Positions 1 to 10,204 of a stretch of DNA of 64,000 bases are shown one piece after another; within the stretch, counting starts at the first letter, position 1; each line of letters opens with the position of its first letter. The stretch lies in NCBI GenBank assembly GCA_963727455.1, contig CAVSGG010000005.1, positions 192,001 through 256,000 of the forward strand, written 5' to 3'. The DNA is from Candidatus Krumholzibacteriota bacterium (GTDB taxonomy: Bacteria; Krumholzibacteriota; Krumholzibacteriia; JAJRXK01). Under the pieces are notes generated by a model. It was not told where the DNA came from. It saw only the letters and a program-made list of their open reading frames with translations, and searched no databases. The translations under genes were made by a program, and so were the position numbers.

Positions 1-2
1 TT

Positions 3-2084
3 TTCGGTGAGGATGCGGACGCGCTCCTGGTGGATGATCTCGAGCATGCGCAAAAGCTCTCCTCGCGCCTCAGTAAGGAGAACTTGGGACAGGGCTCTTT
101 CCTGGTCGATCTCGGAAGCGGCGCGGCGGGCACTGCTTCGAAGCAAAACCTCCCCGGGCAGCCGGCCCTGGAACTGGTACGGGTTCGCGGAATGGAGAGC
201 CAGCACCTCCGCTCTTGGCTGGGGCGAGTCCGCGTGGTGGACGCCGCGCAGGATGCGGTCGATGCGGCCCTGAAGCACGCAGGCGACGGCGTCTCCTTCC
301 TCGCGAAAGAGGGACTCTTCATACGCTCCGACGGACTGGTTCGCGGCGGCGTGGGCAAGAAGCGGGAACTCTCTCTCTTCGGGCGCAAGGAGCAAGTGGA
401 GAGCTTGGCGGCGGAGGTGGAGGGTCTGCGCTCTCGCCTCCACGAGAAAGTCGAAGCTCTGGAAAGCTCGGAGAAGCGACGGTCCGAAGTGCGAGATGCA
501 CTTGCCCAGGCTCTGCAACAGCTGCGCTCGGTCCAGGACGAAGTAAAGGAGGCAGCTCAGCTGGCCGCCTCCAAGCGTTCCGCCGTCCAGCACGCGGAAC
601 ACAATCTCGAGAACCTGACGGCTGAACATGAGGATGTTAGCAAACGGCTGGCGGATCTCTTCGCTCATCTGGAAACCATGCAACGCGGCCTTGGTCTGCA
701 TGACGTGGACCAGGCTGCTTCGCGTGAGAAGGTAAGTGAGTTAGGGGAGAGGGTGAGGCTTCAGGAGGAAGATCGCGGCAATGCCGCGGAGGCTCATGCC
801 CAAGCGAGGCTGATTCTGACGCAGCGGGAAGGCGAGTCACGGGAGCTCGAAAGCCGTCTGCACCGACTGCGGGCGATGCAGCAGGACCTCGACGCCCGCT
901 CCAGCCGCCTGCGCGACGAAGATCTCAGCTTGACCGAGCAGATGAGCAACTGGCGTACCCAACTCAGCGAGCACGAGACGGAGCTTGGAAGCTTGTTCCA
1001 GGAGAGAGAACAGCGCGAGGAGGAGATGCGCGGATTGCGCGAAACCGTGGATGATCGTCGCGCGGAATTGGAAAAGGCGCAGGAGAGCATGCGTGAGATC
1101 TCAGAACGGCAGCGTGCGAAAGAAAAGGCTCTGGGTGAGGTGGAAAACACCATTACCAAGAACCGACTCACCATCGACAACTTCGAGGAGCGTATCCAGG
1201 AAAAGTACCGGGTGGACATCGAGGGTGGGTTTGCGACCTTGAACCCGGAAGAACTGCCCAAGGAGCTCATCAAAGAGGACGACAGCTACCCCATGGAGCA
1301 GATCCTACAGCTCCTGGAGGATCGCAGGACGAAAATCGACAAGCTAGGCCCAGTAAACTTCGCCGCGATGGAAGAGTACGATCAGAAGAAGGTGAGACTC
1401 GAGTTCCTGGAGAAGCAGCGGGACGATCTCTTGGAAAGCAAGGAACACTTGCTCAAAGCCATCGACAAGATCAACCGAACCGCTCGAACACTCTTTCGTG
1501 AGACCTTCGAGTCAGTGCGCGAGAACTTCCGTGAGATCTTCACGACCCTCTTTGAGGGTGGAGAGGCGGATCTCGAATTGCTCGCGGCAGATGATCCGTT
1601 GGAGGCCGATATCCAGATCATGGCGCGGCCCAAGGGCAAGAAGATCGACTCGGTGGCGCTGCTCTCGGGAGGGGAGCGCGCACTGACCGCCATCGCTCTG
1701 CTCTTTTCAGTCTATCTCATCAAGCCCAGTCCGTTCTGTATACTGGACGAGGTTGATGCGCCTTTGGACGACTTGAACATCAGCCGTTTCGTGCGGCTCA
1801 TCGAGCGTTTTCAGGAGCACACGCAGTTCATCGTGATCACCCACAACAAGCTCTCCATGGAAGCGGCCGATCACCTCTACGGCGTCACCATGGAGGAAAG
1901 CGGCGTCAGCCGTCTGGTTTCCGTGAGTTTCGAGGAGTTGGACGCGGATGATCCTCTCGAGGCTCTGGAGAGCGCGGCCAAGAAACGGGAGCAGGAGCTC
2001 GGCTCGGGCGATCGCCTTGCGACCGCCAGCGTGGACTCTCCGGCAAACGACCGCCAGTTACGGCAGATGGAGGGGGAAGGTTAG
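3..2084 (+). CDS. smc: Chromosome segregation protein SMC, 5'-partial
   Basis: Long coiled coil, then GPVNFAAMEEY, ABC signature LLSGGERALTA and Walker B/D-loop FCILDEVDAPLD. Frame is open back to the window start. Confidence 0.97.
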   Translation, partial: FGEDADALLVDDLEHAQKLSSRLSKENLGQGSFLVDLGSGAAGTASKQNLPGQPALELVRVRGMESQHLRSWLGRVRVVDAAQDAVDAALKHAGDGVSFLAKEGLFIRSDGLVRGGVGKKRELSLFGRKEQVESLAAEVEGLRSRLHEKVEALESSEKRRSEVRDALAQALQQLRSVQDEVKEAAQLAASKRSAVQHAEHNLENLTAEHEDVSKRLADLFAHLETMQRGLGLHDVDQAASREKVSELGERVRLQEEDRGNAAEAHAQARLILTQREGESRELESRLHRLRAMQQDLDARSSRLRDEDLSLTEQMSNWRTQLSEHETELGSLFQEREQREEEMRGLRETVDDRRAELEKAQESMREISERQRAKEKALGEVENTITKNRLTIDNFEERIQEKYRVDIEGGFATLNPEELPKELIKEDDSYPMEQILQLLEDRRTKIDKLGPVNFAAMEEYDQKKVRLEFLEKQRDDLLESKEHLLKAIDKINRTARTLFRETFESVRENFREIFTTLFEGGEADLELLAADDPLEADIQIMARPKGKKIDSVALLSGGERALTAIALLFSVYLIKPSPFCILDEVDAPLDDLNISRFVRLIERFQEHTQFIVITHNKLSMEAADHLYGVTMEESGVSRLVSVSFEELDADDPLEALESAAKKREQELGSGDRLATASVDSPANDRQLRQMEGEG

Positions 2085-2088
2085 GCCG

Positions 2089-3030
2089 GTGGTATTTGGC
2101 GCGCTGCGCAACCTGCGCAAGAGTCTAGGAAGGACTTCCGAACAAGTGGTGAGCCGCATTGGCGCGGCGCTGCGGCGTGAGGTGTATCTCACCGAGGAGT
2201 TCCTCGAGGAAGTCGAGGAGATCCTCATTGCGGCCGACGTGGGAGTGGAAGCCTCCACCGCTCTGGCCGAGAGCTTGCGCAAACGGCTGAAGGAGGAGGG
2301 AGCCAAGGCTCAGCTCGCCGATGTAACCCGGGTTCTACGCGAGGACGTCGTGCGCTTGGTCGGAGGTAGCTCCAGTGCGGATATGGAATTGGCGGGTTCT
2401 CCGCACGTGATCTTGATGGTGGGCGTCAACGGGGTGGGAAAGACCACTTCCATCGCGAAGCTCGCCCACTTCTACCAAGAGCGTGGAAGGAAAGTACTGT
2501 TGGCCGCGGCTGACACATTTCGGGCGGCCGCAGTCGATCAGCTTACGACCTGGGCGGAGCGAGCCGGCGTCGACATCGTCAAGCAGGCCATGGGATCCGA
2601 TCCCGCTTCGGTGGCCTTTGACGCGCTCGCTTCGGCCAAAGCCAAAAAGTGCGACGTGGTCATCGTGGATACGGCCGGACGATTGCATAACAAGGAAGGA
2701 CTGATGCGCGAACTCGAGAAAATCGCGCGAGTGTGCGGCCGCCAGGTCGAAGGGGCGCCCCACGAAACCATCCTCTGCATCGACGCCAACACCGGTCAGA
2801 ATGGCATTGCGCAAGCCCGCGAGTTTTCCGGAGTGGTCCCCATCGATTCCATTTTCTTGAGCAAGCTAGACGGTTCTGCAAAAGGCGGAATCGTGGTTGC
2901 GATCGCGCAGGCACTCGAAATTCCCGTGCGCTACGTCGGTACGGGGGAAGGCATCGAGGACTTTGCGCTCTTTGACGCCGAGGAGTTCGCGGAAGGTCTC
3001 TTCCATCTGCAGAGTGAAGAGCTCGAGTAA
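2089..3030 (+). CDS. ftsY: Signal recognition particle receptor FtsY (short NG form)
   Basis: GVNGVGKTT, DTFRAAA, DTAGR, KLDGSAKGG motifs. GTG start chosen just after the smc stop; smc-ftsY synteny. Confidence 0.96.
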   Translation: MVFGALRNLRKSLGRTSEQVVSRIGAALRREVYLTEEFLEEVEEILIAADVGVEASTALAESLRKRLKEEGAKAQLADVTRVLREDVVRLVGGSSSADMELAGSPHVILMVGVNGVGKTTSIAKLAHFYQERGRKVLLAAADTFRAAAVDQLTTWAERAGVDIVKQAMGSDPASVAFDALASAKAKKCDVVIVDTAGRLHNKEGLMRELEKIARVCGRQVEGAPHETILCIDANTGQNGIAQAREFSGVVPIDSIFLSKLDGSAKGGIVVAIAQALEIPVRYVGTGEGIEDFALFDAEEFAEGLFHLQSEELE

Positions 3031-3059
3031 CGGGCCGTTCCCTTTCGGCCGGGAGAGAA

Positions 3060-4166
3060 TTGACCGTGCATTGCGATGAGCACTGGATGCGCCGGGCATT
3101 GACTCTGGCAGCGCCTCACGCCGGCGGCACCTGGCCGAATCCGGCGGTGGGAGCGGTACTGGTTCGTCAGGGCCAGGCGGTGGGGGAAGGCGCCCACAAG
3201 AAGGCCGGAAGCTCTCACGCCGAGATCGAGGCGCTGAGGCAGGCAGGCGAGAAGGCTCGAGGAAGCACTCTCTACGTCAGCCTCGAACCCTGTCACCACA
3301 CCGGCCGTACCCCTCCTTGCTCGAAGGCCCTGTTCGAGGCTGGCGTTTCTCGGGTGGTCTACGCGGTCGCCGATCGCAATCCTCGCGTTCAGGGAGGTGG
3401 GGGAGATTGGCTTCGCTCACAGGGCATCCTCGTGGAGGAGGGGCTCATGGAGAAGCGCGCCTGGGAGCTCAACCACCCCTTCTTCGAGACTGAGGGCGGA
3501 GCACGCGCTCATCTCAGCCTGAAAGTGGCGTTGAGTCTGGATGGGAGAATGGCCCGGGCTAACCGTCCCATCGAGGATGCGCGGCAACGACGCATCACGG
3601 GCGAGAGTGCGCATCGCATGGCGCATCGCATGCGAGCGAGAGCCAGCGTGATCCTCGTCGGACGCCGGACGGTGCTGTGGGACCATCCGTCGCTCGACGT
3701 CCGTCGGGTGCGAGCCCTGCGTCAGCCGCGACGGGCTGTCATCGACCCCCATCTTTCCCTACTGCCTGAGCAGCTGGGTTCGGGCCAAGCCCCTTGGTTG
3801 ATCTTTTGCACGAAGGCCGCGCTCGAAGCGCGCGGGGAGCCTCTGCGCGCGCGGGGGAACGAACTCGTGGCTTGCAATGCCAGCTCCAATGGTGAACTTG
3901 AAGGGACAGAGATCCTTCGGCATCTGCACCAGATGGGTCTGGGCCGGGTCTTGCTCGAAGGTGGATGGACGACCGCTACGCACTTTATTTCCAAGGGCTT
4001 AGTCGATCGTCTCTATCTCTTCTGCGCCCCGGTGCTGCTGGGCGGCGACGGAGGGGGCCCCAGCCTGTGGGCGGGGGCGGAAACCAGGTGGGAGAGCTAT
4101 CTTCTCCGCCGTCGCGGCGACGACAGCGAGTGGATTTTGCGAAAGAGAGGGCTGCCGCGGATCTGA
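3060..4166 (+). CDS. ribD: Bifunctional riboflavin deaminase/reductase
   Basis: PNPAVG, HAE and PCHHTGRTPPC zinc motifs; reductase SLDG and LLEGG. Confidence 0.95.
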   Translation: MTVHCDEHWMRRALTLAAPHAGGTWPNPAVGAVLVRQGQAVGEGAHKKAGSSHAEIEALRQAGEKARGSTLYVSLEPCHHTGRTPPCSKALFEAGVSRVVYAVADRNPRVQGGGGDWLRSQGILVEEGLMEKRAWELNHPFFETEGGARAHLSLKVALSLDGRMARANRPIEDARQRRITGESAHRMAHRMRARASVILVGRRTVLWDHPSLDVRRVRALRQPRRAVIDPHLSLLPEQLGSGQAPWLIFCTKAALEARGEPLRARGNELVACNASSNGELEGTEILRHLHQMGLGRVLLEGGWTTATHFISKGLVDRLYLFCAPVLLGGDGGGPSLWAGAETRWESYLLRRRGDDSEWILRKRGLPRI

Positions 4167-4227
4167 GACTTGGGCTCGCTGCTTTTGGGCTTGGGGCTCG
4201 ATCGATTGTCCTCGGGGAAGTTGGGTC

Positions 4228-4878
4228 ATGTTCACAGGAATCATCCAGGGGATCGGTGAACTCGTGTCGGTGCGACGCAGCTCGAGTGACCGTGTCCTCA
4301 CCGTCCAGAACGATAAGCTGGCCCCCCGCTTGACTCTGGGAGCGAGCGTGGCTCTGGACGGAGTCTGCCAGACGGTCGTGGAACTCAGCGGCTCGAATTT
4401 CACCGTGGAGGCAATGGCGGAAACGCTCCGTGTGACGACCCTGGGGAGCTTGAAGACGGGCTCCCGCGTGAACCTCGAGCTTCCGGTGGCTGCGGGTGAG
4501 GCCATGGGAGGACACTTCGTGCAGGGCCATGTGGATGGCCTGGCCAGCGTGGTATTTCGCCGCAAAATGGGCGAGGCCGAGCATTGGCGCTTCTCCACCG
4601 AAGCGGCCCTGGTCAGCCAGATGGTTCCCAAAGGGAGCGTGGCGATCGACGGAATCAGCCTCACCGTGGGCCCGGATTTAGGTCACGACAGCTTCGAGGT
4701 CTTCCTCATTCCCCACACTTTGGCCGAGACAAGCTTGGCCTCCAAGAAAGTGGGAGATCCGGTTAATCTGGAAACCGACATTCTGGGCAAGTATCTTCAA
4801 CGCTATCTGCATCCCGGCGAAGCGAATTCCGGCCAATTGAGCTGGGACTCTATCCGTCGTGCCGGACTGGCCGAGTGA
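4228..4878 (+). CDS. ribE: Riboflavin synthase
   Basis: N-terminal [22 protein letters not shown]. Confidence 0.97.
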   Translation: MFTGIIQGIGELVSVRRSSSDRVLTVQNDKLAPRLTLGASVALDGVCQTVVELSGSNFTVEAMAETLRVTTLGSLKTGSRVNLELPVAAGEAMGGHFVQGHVDGLASVVFRRKMGEAEHWRFSTEAALVSQMVPKGSVAIDGISLTVGPDLGHDSFEVFLIPHTLAETSLASKKVGDPVNLETDILGKYLQRYLHPGEANSGQLSWDSIRRAGLAE

Positions 4879-4891
4879 GAGAGAAGAGGCG

Positions 4892-6160
4892 ATGGACGAA
4901 AGATTGAGGCAAGGAACCGCGGACCGAGAGAAATCTGACCGCTCTCGCTTCGACGCGATCGAAAGGGCCGTCGAGCAGATCCGGCGTGGGGGCATGGTCG
5001 TGGTGGTGGACGATGCGGATCGCGAGAACGAGGGGGACCTCATCCTTGCCGCGAAAATGGCCACCGCGGCCGACATCAACTTCATGGCGACGCACGCACG
5101 GGGCCTGGTTTGTCTCGCCGCCACGCCCGAGCGCCTCGAGGAACTCGAGATCCACCCCATGGTGCACCGAAACACCTCGCGGCTCGGGACGCGCTTCACG
5201 GTGTCCATCGATGCGGTCAAGAATACGAGCACGGGAATTTCGGCGGCCGATCGCGCGGAAACGATTCGCCAGTTTCTCGATCCCAAGACCAAGCCTCACG
5301 ACCTGGCCCGTCCTGGACACGTATTTCCCCTGCAGGCCCAGGCAGGTGGAGTTCTCACTCGAGCCGGTCATACGGAGGCTTCGGTGGACCTTGCGAGAAT
5401 GGCGGGACTTCCCCCCGCCGGCGTGCTTTGCGAGATCATGGACGAGGACGGAAGCATGATGCGCACGCCCGCTCTCATCGAGTTCGCGCGCCAGCATTCC
5501 CTGCCTCTGATCACAGTGCGGGATCTCATCGAGTACCGACAGCACACCGAGAAGCTGGTCAGGCGCGAAACCGAAGTCGTCCTGCCCACGCCCTTCGGCG
5601 AGTTTCGTTTGATCTCCTACAGCAGCAAGGTGGACAAGGAGCATCATTTGGCACTGGTCATGGGCGAGGTCGACAACGATGAACCGGTGTTGGTCCGCGT
5701 TCACAGCGAATGTCTGACCGGCGATGTCTTCCACAGTATGCGGTGTGACTGCGGAGCGCAGCTCGACGCGGCCATGCGACAGGTCGGTCAAGAGGGAACG
5801 GGAGTCGTGCTCTACATGCGACAAGAGGGTCGAGGCATCGGGCTCTTGAACAAGCTGCGCGCGTACGCTCTGCAAGACGAAGGGGCCGATACGGTGGAGG
5901 CCAATTTGAAGCTGGGGTTCCAGCCCGATCTGCGCCATTACGGAGTTGGTGCGCAGATACTCTGTGACCTCGGCGTTTCCAAGATGCGCCTGCTCACCAA
6001 CAATCCGAAGAAGATCGTGGGTCTTTCCGGCTACGGTTTGGAAGTCGTGGAGAGAGTGGCATTGGAGGTCGGTTCCAACGATACCAACCGTCGCTATCTC
6101 ACGACGAAACGCGACAAGATGGGCCACCTTCTGGGCGGGCTCGACGAGAAAGGATCCTGA
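4892..6160 (+). CDS. ribBA: DHBP synthase / GTP cyclohydrolase II
   Basis: [41 protein letters not shown]. Confidence 0.97.
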   Translation: MDERLRQGTADREKSDRSRFDAIERAVEQIRRGGMVVVVDDADRENEGDLILAAKMATAADINFMATHARGLVCLAATPERLEELEIHPMVHRNTSRLGTRFTVSIDAVKNTSTGISAADRAETIRQFLDPKTKPHDLARPGHVFPLQAQAGGVLTRAGHTEASVDLARMAGLPPAGVLCEIMDEDGSMMRTPALIEFARQHSLPLITVRDLIEYRQHTEKLVRRETEVVLPTPFGEFRLISYSSKVDKEHHLALVMGEVDNDEPVLVRVHSECLTGDVFHSMRCDCGAQLDAAMRQVGQEGTGVVLYMRQEGRGIGLLNKLRAYALQDEGADTVEANLKLGFQPDLRHYGVGAQILCDLGVSKMRLLTNNPKKIVGLSGYGLEVVERVALEVGSNDTNRRYLTTKRDKMGHLLGGLDEKGS

Positions 6161-6639
6161 TGTCCACCGTTTTCGAGGGGCACTACGCCAAGGCCAAGGG
6201 CAAAGTGGCAATCGTGGTTTCCCGCTTCAATTCGCTCTTTTCCAAGCAGCTACTCGAGGGCGCCCTGGACGGATTGCATCGGCACGGCGTGGGCGAGGAT
6301 GATGTCGATGTCGCATGGGTTCCCGGAGCTACCGAGATCCCCCTGGTGTGCTTGCGTATGGCGGAGACGGGCGAGTACGCCGCGATCATTGCGCTTGGCG
6401 CTGTCATTCGCGGCTCGACGGCGCACTTCGACTATGTGGCACAGAGCGTGAGTCGCGGGTGCGACCAGGTCCGGCTGCAGACGAAGGTGCCTTTGATCAA
6501 CGGAGTGCTCACCACCGAAAATCTGGAGCAGGCCATGGAGCGTTCAGGAACGAAGGCGGGCAACAAAGGATTCGACGCGGCCCTTGCCGCCCTGGAAATG
6601 GCGGATCTGTTGCGCCAATTCCCGCAAGGCGATGCCTGA
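6160..6639 (+). CDS. ribH: 6,7-dimethyl-8-ribityllumazine synthase
   Basis: SRFN, VPGATEIP, GAVIRGSTAHFDYV, GNKG. Confidence 0.97.
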   Translation: MSTVFEGHYAKAKGKVAIVVSRFNSLFSKQLLEGALDGLHRHGVGEDDVDVAWVPGATEIPLVCLRMAETGEYAAIIALGAVIRGSTAHFDYVAQSVSRGCDQVRLQTKVPLINGVLTTENLEQAMERSGTKAGNKGFDAALAALEMADLLRQFPQGDA

Positions 6640-6640
6640 G

Positions 6641-7057
6641 ATGGGTCGTCAGCGCAAGGCTCGAGAACTACTGGTGCAGGCACTCTACGCCAGCGAAGTG
6701 GGCGGAAAAGATCTGGCCGACGCGGTCCGTGAGCAAATCGAACGCCGTGGTCCCACTCCGGCGACCGTGGAGTACGTGGAGAGAGTCTGCGAGGAACTGC
6801 AAAGTAAGAGAGCGGAACTGGACAAACAGATCGACGCGGCTCTCACCGGCTGGAGTCCGGAGCGAGTAGGAGTCGTCGAACGTGCCATCCTTCGTCTTGC
6901 GCTTCTCGAGATGCTCCATATTGAGGAGACTCCAGCCAAGGTCGCGATCTCCGAAGCAGTCGATCTTGCGAAGACCTACAGCAGTGACGATGCAGCGCGC
7001 TTCGTGAACGGAGTGCTCGACCACATCTTGCGAGAGCACGAATCGCACCATGCGTGA
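6641..7057 (+). CDS. nusB: Transcription antitermination factor NusB
   Basis: RRKARE-like N-terminus, AISEAVDLAKTY, FVNGVLD; follows ribH. Confidence 0.95.
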   Translation: MGRQRKARELLVQALYASEVGGKDLADAVREQIERRGPTPATVEYVERVCEELQSKRAELDKQIDAALTGWSPERVGVVERAILRLALLEMLHIEETPAKVAISEAVDLAKTYSSDDAARFVNGVLDHILREHESHHA

Positions 7058-7829
7058 ATCCCGCAAAGAGCATTGGCAGAATTTTTGGGTGGAGGCCGGA
7101 AACCTCAGCCTGCACGATGTCTACGGCAACGATGGACGGATTCTCCGCGAGGTCTTCGATCTCATGGACCCGGAGGGCGCGCGAGTGCTCGAAGTGGGTG
7201 CGGGTACCGGTCGTGACAGCCTGGCTCTGGCCAAGGCTGGCGCCGAAGTCGTGACTGTGGACTATGTCCCGGAGAGTCTTCGTCTCATCGACGAAGCCGC
7301 CAAAGCCAGCGCTACGAGGGTGTCGGTGGTGGGGGGAGATGGGCTAAGCATGCCCTTCGCGGACGGAACCTTCGACCTTGTGTTCCATCAGGGTCTGCTC
7401 GAGCATTTCCGTGATCCTCTTCCTCTTTTGCGCGAGAACGTGCGCGTTCTCAAACCGGGAGGGATCTTGCTCGTCGACGTGCCCCAGCGCTATCACTACT
7501 ACACCCTAGGCAAGCATGCGCTCATGTTGTTCGATCGCTGGTTTGCGGGTTGGGAAACGGAATTCACCATCGGCGAGCTCGAAACGCTCCTGCGTTCCAT
7601 CGGACTTCAGGTCGAGCGCAGTTATGGCGACTGGATGGTGCCGGCGTTGTGGTATCGTGCCCTGCGGAAGGTGTTGCTGAAGACCGTGGGTCTGCGTCTG
7701 CCCATGTATCCGCGCGGCATTTGGCCTTTCGCGCCTTTGGCGCGCGGCTTCCGTAGCTGCTTCGCCAAGAGCAGGCTCTCTCTCTACACCACGATCGTAG
7801 TGGGTTGTCTGGCGCGAAAGCGCGCATAG
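7050..7829 (+). CDS. Class I SAM-dependent methyltransferase
   Basis: VLEVGAGTG motif I, FDLVFHQGLLEH, RVLKPGG. Confidence 0.88.
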   Translation: MRESRKEHWQNFWVEAGNLSLHDVYGNDGRILREVFDLMDPEGARVLEVGAGTGRDSLALAKAGAEVVTVDYVPESLRLIDEAAKASATRVSVVGGDGLSMPFADGTFDLVFHQGLLEHFRDPLPLLRENVRVLKPGGILLVDVPQRYHYYTLGKHALMLFDRWFAGWETEFTIGELETLLRSIGLQVERSYGDWMVPALWYRALRKVLLKTVGLRLPMYPRGIWPFAPLARGFRSCFAKSRLSLYTTIVVGCLARKRA

Positions 7830-7869
7830 TGGTCCCAAGGCCGATCGGACGCGTCTTTCCGAGGAGACG

Positions 7870-9024
7870 GTGACCGCTCGGCCCAAGACGGAGGTTTGGC
7901 CTCTGAAGATTCTGGCGGTGAATTGGCGAGATCGTGGAGATCCTATGGGTGGGGGGGCCGAAGTTCACCTACACGAGATTCTACGTCATGCGGTAGGGAA
8001 GGGACACGAGGTAACTTGGCTCGCGTGCAGCTATCCCGGCGCGGCCACAGAGGAGACGGGGGAGGATGGAATCCACTATCGGAGGCGCGGCAATTGGCGC
8101 CTGGCCAACTTCACTCTACCCGGCCTCTTAAAGGACGAACTGAGACGAGCCGCCTACGATCTGGTAGTGGAGGACATCAACAAGGTACCCTTCTTCACTC
8201 CCTGTCACACTCGTCTTCCCGTTTTGGTAATCGTTCCCCATCTCTTCGGTGCTACGGTTTTTCGCGAGGCGGACCCCCTCACCGCGAGCTACGTCTATTT
8301 GAGCGAGCGCCCCATTCCTCGTGTCTACCGGCATTCTCATTTTTTGGCGATCAGCAAGAGTACGGCGGACGACCTGGTGCGCAGGGGGATCGATGCTGAA
8401 CGCGTCGAGATCGTGGAGTGCGGCATGGATCACCGTCCCTATCGGCTGGCCGACCCTCCTGCGCGCGCACAGGTGCCGACGATAGTGCACCTGGGCCGGC
8501 TCCGACGCTACAAGAGCGTGGATGTCGTATTGAGAGCTCTCGCTGCGATTCGTCGAACGCTTCCCGGGGCCGTGCTCGAAATCGTGGGGGACGGCCCAGA
8601 CGAGAAGCGGCTGCGCGCACTCGCCGGGGAGCTGGGACTTTTAGAAGCCGTACGTTTTCGCGGCTATCTGCCCCGTGCGGAAATTGTGAGGGTGCTCTAC
8701 CAAAGTCATCTCTTCTTGAATCCCTCGCCCAAGGAAGGTTGGGGTCTCACCGTGATCGAGGCCAATGCCTGCGGAGTACCGGTGGTTGCGAGCCGGCGTC
8801 CGGGCCTGGTGGATTCGGTGCGGGAAGGCGAAACGGGGCTCCTGGCCGAGTATGGGAAAGCGGAAGATTTCGCAGCCAAAGCACTCGAGCTGCTTACCGA
8901 TCCTCCCCTGTGGCGCAGCTATAGCGAGAACGCCGTGCGCTGGGCACGGAGTTTCAACTGGGAAGATTGCGCTGCGCGGAGCCTGGCCGTGATGGAGCGG
9001 GCAGCGCGGGAGAAAACTCGATGA
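7870..9024 (+). CDS. GT4 glycosyltransferase
   Basis: GGAE, GRLRRYK, EGWGLTVIEANACGVPVV (EX7E). Start uncertain by ~10 codons. Confidence 0.92.
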   Translation: MTARPKTEVWPLKILAVNWRDRGDPMGGGAEVHLHEILRHAVGKGHEVTWLACSYPGAATEETGEDGIHYRRRGNWRLANFTLPGLLKDELRRAAYDLVVEDINKVPFFTPCHTRLPVLVIVPHLFGATVFREADPLTASYVYLSERPIPRVYRHSHFLAISKSTADDLVRRGIDAERVEIVECGMDHRPYRLADPPARAQVPTIVHLGRLRRYKSVDVVLRALAAIRRTLPGAVLEIVGDGPDEKRLRALAGELGLLEAVRFRGYLPRAEIVRVLYQSHLFLNPSPKEGWGLTVIEANACGVPVVASRRPGLVDSVREGETGLLAEYGKAEDFAAKALELLTDPPLWRSYSENAVRWARSFNWEDCAARSLAVMERAAREKTR

Positions 9025-10067
9025 CAGATGCAGAAGCGCCGCGCCCCAGAAGATGGTGGAGTCTGGTCCTGCGGATCTTGGTCAGCGTCGTGCTCATGTG
9101 GTGGCTCGTGCACAATTTCCAGGGGGGGTGGCGCAAGCTGGGAGACATCCGGCCGATCAGCTTGGCTCCCGCCGCCCTGATCTTCACAATTTCCACCGTC
9201 CTCGGTGCACTGCAGTGGGCCCTTCTTCTCCGGCACGCCGGTCTGGATCTGTCCTTGGGTAGGCTCGCGCGCATCTACTGGATCGGTCTGTTCTTCAACA
9301 ATTTCTTGCCGAGTAACGTGGGGGGAGACCTCGTCAAAGTGGCGGATGTGTCCCTCAGCACGGGAGAATTGAGTCGAGCGGTCGCCGGCACCATCCTGGA
9401 TCGAGTAGTGGGTTTGGGTGCGCTGGCCTCGCTCGGGGTGATCGCCGCCGCTCTCTCGCGCGGTTTTGGACATTTCGATCTTCCCTCTGCGGCTTTGATC
9501 GGCGTGTGTCTCTTGCTGCTGCTCACCGGTGGGCTGCTCCTTTCGAATCGACTGGGGGAGAGGCTCACTCGGCTGGCCGCGCGCCTCCACTTTGCGCGCA
9601 TCCACGAACGGCTGTGCAAGCTAATGAACGAGTTCGCGCATTATCGACGCTCGCCGGTCTTTCTGCTCGGGATCTTCACTCTGTCGCTCCTCGTGCAGTT
9701 TTTTCGGGTACTCACCCACGTGCTCGTTGCTCAGGCTCTGGCCATTCCCCTGAGCTGGCCCCTCGTTTTGGGACTTTATGTTCTCATTCCGGTCCTGGGA
9801 ATTGCCATCGTGTTGCCCATTTCGTTCAACGGACTGGGACTGCGCGAACTCATCGCAACTCGTCTCTTGCCGGAAATTGGGATTGCCGCGCCGGAGGCCT
9901 TTGCTCTGCAGATCACGACCTATCTCGTGCAGGTGGCAGTGAGCAGCGTGGGTGGCATTTTCTTCGTTCTGCGCTTCCTGCGCGGAGGACAGCAAAGGCG
10001 AGCTCGGGAGCGACCGCATCCTGTGAGCGGGACAGAGAGACCACCCCAAGTTCCCGGGAGCGAGTGA
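9021..10067 (+). CDS. Lysylphosphatidylglycerol synthase TM / flippase-like membrane protein
   Basis: FFNNFLPSNVGGD, LDRVVG, PISFNGLGLRE; multiple TM helices; ATGA overlap with the upstream stop. Confidence 0.85.
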   Translation: MTDAEAPRPRRWWSLVLRILVSVVLMWWLVHNFQGGWRKLGDIRPISLAPAALIFTISTVLGALQWALLLRHAGLDLSLGRLARIYWIGLFFNNFLPSNVGGDLVKVADVSLSTGELSRAVAGTILDRVVGLGALASLGVIAAALSRGFGHFDLPSAALIGVCLLLLLTGGLLLSNRLGERLTRLAARLHFARIHERLCKLMNEFAHYRRSPVFLLGIFTLSLLVQFFRVLTHVLVAQALAIPLSWPLVLGLYVLIPVLGIAIVLPISFNGLGLRELIATRLLPEIGIAAPEAFALQITTYLVQVAVSSVGGIFFVLRFLRGGQQRRARERPHPVSGTERPPQVPGSE

Positions 10068-10149
10068 ATGAGAACTTGCCGTATGGAACCCCCGCAAGTC
10101 CGGGACGTACCAACGGTCCGCATGATCTCTACGCCAGGAGGGCGAGCTG

Positions 10150-10158
10150 TGCTAGAGT
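10150..10158 (+). promoter_or_regulatory. Possible extended -10 promoter (TGcTAGAGT)
   Basis: TGnTAnnnT match ~45 bp upstream of the DUF2723 gene, in an intergenic gap. Confidence 0.3.
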
Positions 10159-10204
10159 TTCGCCCCGGATGGCCAAAGGGAGCATTTTCCCAAGGAAGTG
10201 AGTC

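Noticed and set aside
3031-4227. FMN riboswitch for the rib operon
   Set aside because: Gaps before ribD and ribE are only ~30 and ~60 bp and contain no RFN consensus.
4850-6211. Long antisense ORFs (also 11060-12505, 38953-40239, 42575-43771, 51599-52597)
   Set aside because: Mirror ORFs opposite conserved genes, expected in high-GC DNA; no motifs.
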